IMG/VR virus record: IMGVR_UViG_3300010158_000052
Origin: an uncultured virus (IMG/VR IMGVR_UViG_3300010158_000052)
Taxonomy: Duplodnaviria; Heunggongvirae; Uroviricota; Caudoviricetes
Length of the DNA stretch: 20,000 nt
Reading direction: 5' to 3' (one strand)
Under the pieces are notes generated by a model that had not been told where the DNA came from, did not search any database, and saw nothing but the letters and a program-made list of their open reading frames with translations. How positions within the stretch are numbered: position 1 is the stretch's first letter; each line of letters opens with the position of its first letter. Positions 15,476 through 20,000 of the stretch are shown one piece after another. Made by a program: the position numbers and the translations under genes.

Positions 15476-16173
15476 TGTCTAAAGTTGAATTGATTGGTAT
15501 CACAAAACCATCAGCTATTACTGATTGTAATACGGCAAACGAATTGGTTGCTTGGTGTGCAAGAGTAAGCAACCCAAGTAATCAAAATAATACACAAACA
15601 GCAGGAAAACTTGTAAAGTATTTAATTAACAATAAACATTTTAGTCCATTAGAAATGGTACACGTTGTTATGAATATTTCTACAACAAGGGACATTGCAC
15701 GTCAAATCTTGCGTCATCGTTCATTCTCATTCCAAGAGTATAGCCAGCGTTACGCTGATCCTACCAAGGATTTGGGATTTGTCACACGGGAAGCCAGACT
15801 TCAAGACCCAAAGAATCGTCAGAATTCAGTAGAGACTGAAGACTCTCGTCTCGAAGAAGAATGGAATATGAGGCAGCATAAGTCTATGGCTGAAGCTCTC
15901 ATCTCTTATCGCTGGGCTATTGATAATGGTATTGCGAAGGAAATAGCAAGAAGCGTATTGCCAGAAGGAAATACTGAATCAACTATCATAATGGCTGGTA
16001 GTTTGAGAAGTTTTTGGCACTATATTTTAGTCCGTCATCATCCAGCAACACAAAAAGAGCATAGAATTGTTGCTGAACAAATTTCAGATATTATAATGCA
16101 TCATTTTCCAGATATGCGAGAGTTATTGGAAGAGCAGATTGCAAATAACTACAAAGACGAATCCAACCATTAA
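15475..16173 (+). CDS. thyX: Flavin-dependent thymidylate synthase
   Basis: ARVSNP, H.SPLE, RQILRHRSFSFQEYSQRY, KEIARSVLP, TQKEHR. SD AAGGA. Confidence 0.96.
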   Translation: MSKVELIGITKPSAITDCNTANELVAWCARVSNPSNQNNTQTAGKLVKYLINNKHFSPLEMVHVVMNISTTRDIARQILRHRSFSFQEYSQRYADPTKDLGFVTREARLQDPKNRQNSVETEDSRLEEEWNMRQHKSMAEALISYRWAIDNGIAKEIARSVLPEGNTESTIIMAGSLRSFWHYILVRHHPATQKEHRIVAEQISDIIMHHFPDMRELLEEQIANNYKDESNH

Positions 16174-16201
16174 CGGGTTTATTCGTAGAAAAGTAAACCG
16201 C

Positions 16202-16261
16202 TGCTGGGAAATTATTGGCATTCACTTCCCTGATATTATTGAGGCATTGAAAGATGGCTAG
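16202..16261 (+). pseudogene. Displaced second copy of ThyX C-terminus (within 40-codon ORF 16139-16261)
   Basis: CWEIIGIHFPDIIEALKDG* aligns with the in-frame ISDIIMHHFPDMRELLEEQ. Confidence 0.6.
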
Positions 16262-16403
16262 TAGAAACCTCGGCAATAAAAACTTCAAAGGCAAAAAGAC
16301 ATTTGCTTTTATGTATGGAAAGTTTGTCGAAGATATATTTGTAAACTTCAAAGAATCTGTTCTGAAAAAAGAACACACCAAACAAATGAAAGAAGGCGAG
16401 TGA
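16254..16403 (+). CDS. Hypothetical protein (49 aa)
   Basis: SD GAGG; MASRNLGNKNFKGKK...KEGE*; TGATG coupling. Confidence 0.65.
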   Translation: MASRNLGNKNFKGKKTFAFMYGKFVEDIFVNFKESVLKKEHTKQMKEGE

Positions 16404-16576
16404 TGACTAACATTTATACAGCCGAAGTTTGTGAAGGACTCGATGGAGAGCTATATATAGAATTTCCTGATGGTTTGATAAAAGATTTAGGTTGGGATGA
16501 AACAACCAAATTGATTTGGGATTTAACAGAAGAAAAGACTACATTGAGAAAGTTGATTGACGATGAAGAAGTATAG
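16403..16576 (+). CDS. AbrB/MazE-like small protein (57 aa)
   Basis: YTAEV....DGELYIEFPDGLIKDLGWDE...LIW pattern of swapped-hairpin domains. Confidence 0.65.
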   Translation: MTNIYTAEVCEGLDGELYIEFPDGLIKDLGWDETTKLIWDLTEEKTTLRKLIDDEEV

Positions 16577-16799
16577 AATTAAAGAAAAACTAGATGGATC
16601 GTGGAAGGTAGAGCATAAAGGATTTTTAGGGTTCTGGTACGATTCTATTATTGATTATTATGATCGCCCCACACCTAAATGGACATATTATCAATGCAAA
16701 GATTATATTAAAAGGCAACACGAGATAGCTACCTTTAAGCCAAAGATCATTTATCCTCCGTTTCCAGATAGTGACCCAAACACTGGTCATGGTGTGTAA
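16563..16799 (+). CDS. Hypothetical protein
   Basis: MKKYRIKEK...VEHKGFLGFW; overlaps the upstream ORF and ends just before the deaminase start. Confidence 0.65.
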   Translation: MKKYRIKEKLDGSWKVEHKGFLGFWYDSIIDYYDRPTPKWTYYQCKDYIKRQHEIATFKPKIIYPPFPDSDPNTGHGV

Positions 16800-16800
16800 T

Positions 16801-17229
16801 GTGAAAGATAAGTTTGTAGATTTTTTTGCAAATATCGCAGAAGAAACCGCAAAGTTGTCTTATGCAAAAAGACTTCAGGTGGGTGCTATTTTAGTTAAGG
16901 ATGGAAGAATACAATCCATTGGCTATAATGGCACTCCATCTGGGTCTGACAACAAATGCGAAAATGAAGATGGTAGAACAACAGATGATGTAATTCACGC
17001 CGAAGAAAACGCCATTTTGAAGATGGCTAAATCTAATGACTCCTCAGATGGTTCTGTGCTTTTTGTGACACATTCTCCATGTATCCATTGTGCTAGGTTG
17101 ATTTATCTTGCAGGAATTTCAAAAGTGTATTATATTAACGACTATAGATCAAATGATGGTTTAGATTTCCTAAAAAAGGTAAAGCTAGACTATACAAAAG
17201 TAGAAAGAAGTAAACTGAATGAGCATTAA
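16801..17229 (+). CDS. cd: dCMP deaminase
   Basis: LSYAKRLQVGAILVKDGRI.S.GYNGTPSG..N.CE, HAEENAI, THSPCIHCA. Start uncertain (GTG 16801 or ATG 16789). Confidence 0.92.
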   Translation: MKDKFVDFFANIAEETAKLSYAKRLQVGAILVKDGRIQSIGYNGTPSGSDNKCENEDGRTTDDVIHAEENAILKMAKSNDSSDGSVLFVTHSPCIHCARLIYLAGISKVYYINDYRSNDGLDFLKKVKLDYTKVERSKLNEH

Positions 17230-19495
17230 TGTTGTTAAGCGAGATGGGCATAAAGAGCCATTGGATATCGACAAGATTCATCGTGTCGTTGCTTGGTCTT
17301 GTGCCGATCTTTCTGTTGTATCTGCATCTGAAATTGAACTTCAAACTAAGATTCAATTCTATAATGGAATGAAGACTTCTGATATTCAGGAGACTTTGAT
17401 CAAGGCTGCTGCTGATCTAATCAGCGAAGAAGCGCCAAATTATCAATATGTTGCTGGTCGTCTTATCAACTACCATCTCCGTAAGCAAGTTTATGGCACA
17501 TATGAGCCTGAACCTCTATTGAAGCATTATATTAAAGTGCGCGATCAGAGCTATTATGATCGTGATATGGGTGATATGTATTCTGTCGAAGAGTTTGATG
17601 AACTTGATGATTATATAGATCACAATCGTGACAACCTATTGACTTATGCTGCTATGGAACAATTCCGTGGCAAGTATCTAGTAAAAAGCAGGGTTACTGG
17701 ACAAATCTTTGAAACGCCACAGATGGCTTTCATGTTGATTGCCATGACCCTTTTCCAAAATTACACAACAGACCGCATTAAGTGGGTAAAGGAACTTTAT
17801 GATGCCATTTCTACGTTTGATATTAGTCTCCCCACTCCTATTATGGCAGGTGTGCGGACACCTGACCGCCAATTTAGTTCTTGTGTGCTCATCGAGACTG
17901 AAGACTCTTTGGATTCTATTAACGCAACAACGTCAGCAATCGCAAAATACGTTTCACAACGTGCCGGGATCGGTATCGGCGCTGGTCGTATTCGTGCTGT
18001 CAATTCTCCTGTTCGTAACGGTGCTACTAGCACTACTGGCGTTATTCCTTACTACAGGTTGTTTCAGTCTGCTGTTAAGTCTTGTTCGCAGGGCGGCATC
18101 AGGGGTGGTGCAGCTACTCTCCATGTGCCTCTCTGGCATCTTGAAATTGAAGACATTATTGTTCTAAAGAACAACAAGGGGACAGAAGATAACCGTGTGC
18201 GTCACCTAGATTATAGTATTCAACTTAACAAGGTAATGTACGAAAGGCTTCTGACAAATGGCAATATTACTCTTTTCTCTCCTCACGATGTACCTGATAT
18301 GTATAATTCGTTCTTCACTGATGTCGATAAGTTTAGAACTTTGTACGAAGCAGCCGAAAAGAACCCGAAGCTACGAAAGAAAGTAATTCCTGCTTCTGAA
18401 CTTTTCTCTGCTTTCATGCAAGAGCGCAAGGAAACTGGTCGTCTCTACTTGATGAATGTCGATCATGTCAATGATCATAGTTCTTTCGTCAAGACAGAAG
18501 CACCAATCTATATGTCAAACTTGTGTCAGGAAATTACTCTTCCAACTAAGCCAATTGATAATATTCGTGATGAAGAAGGCGAGATTAGCCTATGTACTCT
18601 TGCGGCTATTAACTGGGGCAAGATTAAGAAGCCAAGCGACTTTGAAAAGCCATGTACACTTGCTGTCCGTGCCTTGGATGCTTTGCTAGATTATCAGTCT
18701 TATCCTGTCGTGGCTGCTCAGAAGAGCACTATGGCTCGTCGTCCTCTTGGTATTGGCATCATTAACTTTGCTTATTGGTTAGCTAAGAATAACAGTAACT
18801 ATTCTAATCCAAATCTTGATCTAGTTCATGAATATGCAGAAGCATGGTCTTACTATTTGATCAAGGCATCTGTTGATCTTGCTCAAGAGTTTGGCGCATG
18901 TTCAAAATCAAATGAAACTAAATACGATGCTCACATTTTCCCTATTGACACGTACAAGAAAGAAGTTGACGAGCTAGCAGAACCAGTTTATAATATGGAT
19001 TGGCAAGCATTAAGGAACAGGGCTGATTTGTTTAGTATTCGCAATTCAACTCTGATGGCTCTAATGCCTAGTGAAACTTCTTCTCAGATTTCTAATGCTA
19101 CTAATGGTATTGAACCACCTAGGGCATTGGTATCAGTGAAGCAATCTAAGGATGGTGTACTAAGGCAAGTTGTTCCTGGTATCCAGAAGCTAAAGAATAA
19201 GTATGAACTCTTATGGGATCAAAAGTCTCCAGAAGGTTATCTAAAGATTGCTGCCGTTTTACAGAAGTTTATTGACCAAGCTATTTCGGTTAATACTTCT
19301 TATAATCCAAGGTTCTATGAAAACGAAGAAATTCCTATGAGTGACTTGCTTCGCCATCTTGTTCTACATTATAAGTGGGGCGGCAAGACACTTTACTACT
19401 TTAACACGAACGATAACTCTTCAGACGAATCAGAAGATGCACCATTAGCCATTGGCGATCTTGATGATGAAATTTGTGACGCCTGTAATATTTAA
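17219..19495 (+). CDS. nrdA: Ribonucleotide reductase class Ia alpha subunit
   Basis: ATP-cone VVKRDG; PTPIMAG; QFSSC; SNLCQEI; MPSETSSQ; KTLYY; C-terminal CDAC. Confidence 0.98.
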   Translation: MSINVVKRDGHKEPLDIDKIHRVVAWSCADLSVVSASEIELQTKIQFYNGMKTSDIQETLIKAAADLISEEAPNYQYVAGRLINYHLRKQVYGTYEPEPLLKHYIKVRDQSYYDRDMGDMYSVEEFDELDDYIDHNRDNLLTYAAMEQFRGKYLVKSRVTGQIFETPQMAFMLIAMTLFQNYTTDRIKWVKELYDAISTFDISLPTPIMAGVRTPDRQFSSCVLIETEDSLDSINATTSAIAKYVSQRAGIGIGAGRIRAVNSPVRNGATSTTGVIPYYRLFQSAVKSCSQGGIRGGAATLHVPLWHLEIEDIIVLKNNKGTEDNRVRHLDYSIQLNKVMYERLLTNGNITLFSPHDVPDMYNSFFTDVDKFRTLYEAAEKNPKLRKKVIPASELFSAFMQERKETGRLYLMNVDHVNDHSSFVKTEAPIYMSNLCQEITLPTKPIDNIRDEEGEISLCTLAAINWGKIKKPSDFEKPCTLAVRALDALLDYQSYPVVAAQKSTMARRPLGIGIINFAYWLAKNNSNYSNPNLDLVHEYAEAWSYYLIKASVDLAQEFGACSKSNETKYDAHIFPIDTYKKEVDELAEPVYNMDWQALRNRADLFSIRNSTLMALMPSETSSQISNATNGIEPPRALVSVKQSKDGVLRQVVPGIQKLKNKYELLWDQKSPEGYLKIAAVLQKFIDQAISVNTSYNPRFYENEEIPMSDLLRHLVLHYKWGGKTLYYFNTNDNSSDESEDAPLAIGDLDDEICDACNI

Positions 19496-19503
19496 GGAAC
19501 AAA

Positions 19504-20000
19504 ATGTCAGTATTTGAACTACATAATCAAGACTTTACTAAGAGCACCATGTTTTTTGGTCCGAAGGTAAATATTGCTCGTTATGATAAACAGAAGTATC
19601 CCCAATTTGAAAAATTGACTGAGCAGCAACAGGGGTTCTTCTGGCGACCACAGGAAGTCGATTGTTCAAAGGACATTAAGGATTTCAAGACCCTTAGTGA
19701 TGCACAGAAGCATATCTTTACTTCTAACCTAAAGCGTCAAATCCTTTTGGATTCCGTTCAAGGTAGAGCGCCTGTAGAGGCATTTCTTCCTATTTGTTCA
19801 CTACCAGAAATTGAAAACTGGTTGATTACATGGTCATTCTTTGAAACTATTCACTCTCGGTCTTATACTCATATTATTCGTAATGTATATTCTGATCCAT
19901 CTAAAGTATTTGACGAGATGTTGGACGTTAAGGAAATTGCAGACTGCGCCAGTGACATCAGCAAATACTACGATGATCTGATTGATATAAATGGTTGGAA
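19504..20000 (+). CDS. nrdB: Ribonucleotide reductase class Ia beta subunit (partial, runs off window)
   Basis: MSVFE...MFFG...RYD..KYP.FEKL...Q.GFFWRPQEV, NLKRQILLDSVQGR, FETIHSRSYTHIIRN. SD AAGGA. Confidence 0.97.
   Translation, partial: MSVFELHNQDFTKSTMFFGPKVNIARYDKQKYPQFEKLTEQQQGFFWRPQEVDCSKDIKDFKTLSDAQKHIFTSNLKRQILLDSVQGRAPVEAFLPICSLPEIENWLITWSFFETIHSRSYTHIIRNVYSDPSKVFDEMLDVKEIADCASDISKYYDDLIDINGW

Noticed and set aside
16081..16201. Group I intron or gene-60-style ribosomal bypass in thyX
   Set aside because: 121 nt is too short for a group I core and no P/Q/R/S elements are visible. There are no matched take-off/landing codons next to a stop, and the upstream frame already gives a complete C-terminus.
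11..18139. All minus-strand ORFs in the track (e.g. 503-706, 827-1147, 1558-1914, 2837-3238, 11298-11696, 16091-16381)
   Set aside because: They are antisense shadows of well-supported plus-strand genes, with no motifs. All regulatory signals found are on the plus strand.
17799..18689. Alternative-frame plus-strand ORFs inside nrdA (also 2904-3098, 8000-8185, 10171-10356, 10477-10716)
   Set aside because: No convincing SD, lipobox or family motif, unlike the Rz1 case. The Leu-rich composition is expected from off-frame reading.
1..20000. CRISPR arrays, transposases, inteins, homing endonucleases, reverse transcriptases
   Set aside because: No spaced direct repeats or diagnostic motifs seen. 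uvsX, 41, 61 and nrdA are uninterrupted and of normal length.

Overview
This is a 20 kb, entirely plus-strand segment of a T4-like myovirus genome, with the marine/freshwater-type gene order rather than the T-even one. The host is Gram-negative, as shown by a lipoprotein spanin. It may be an alphaproteobacterium, since one promoter matches CTTGAC-N17-CTATAT. Gene order: end of a conserved YIYWPNR gene, uvsX, gp41 helicase, and a small heat-shock protein with a ROSE-like leader. Next come a promoter-driven tRNA-Gln(UUG)-like RNA lacking its elbow and CCA, small ORFs, metK, an acid-free basic tail-anchored protein, a DUF1003-like membrane protein, an HExxH peptidase, and a second deaminase coupled to a DenV-like glycosylase, ending at a terminator. 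A late-promoter block follows: hypothetical, Dps, polyprotein-like internal head protein, MALWG structural protein, conserved hypotheticals, an Rz with embedded Rz1, and a coiled-coil/TM protein. The window ends with gp61 primase, small ORFs, thyX followed by a second out-of-frame copy of its C-terminus, dCMP deaminase, nrdA and partial nrdB. All calls come from reading motifs by eye; no searches were run.
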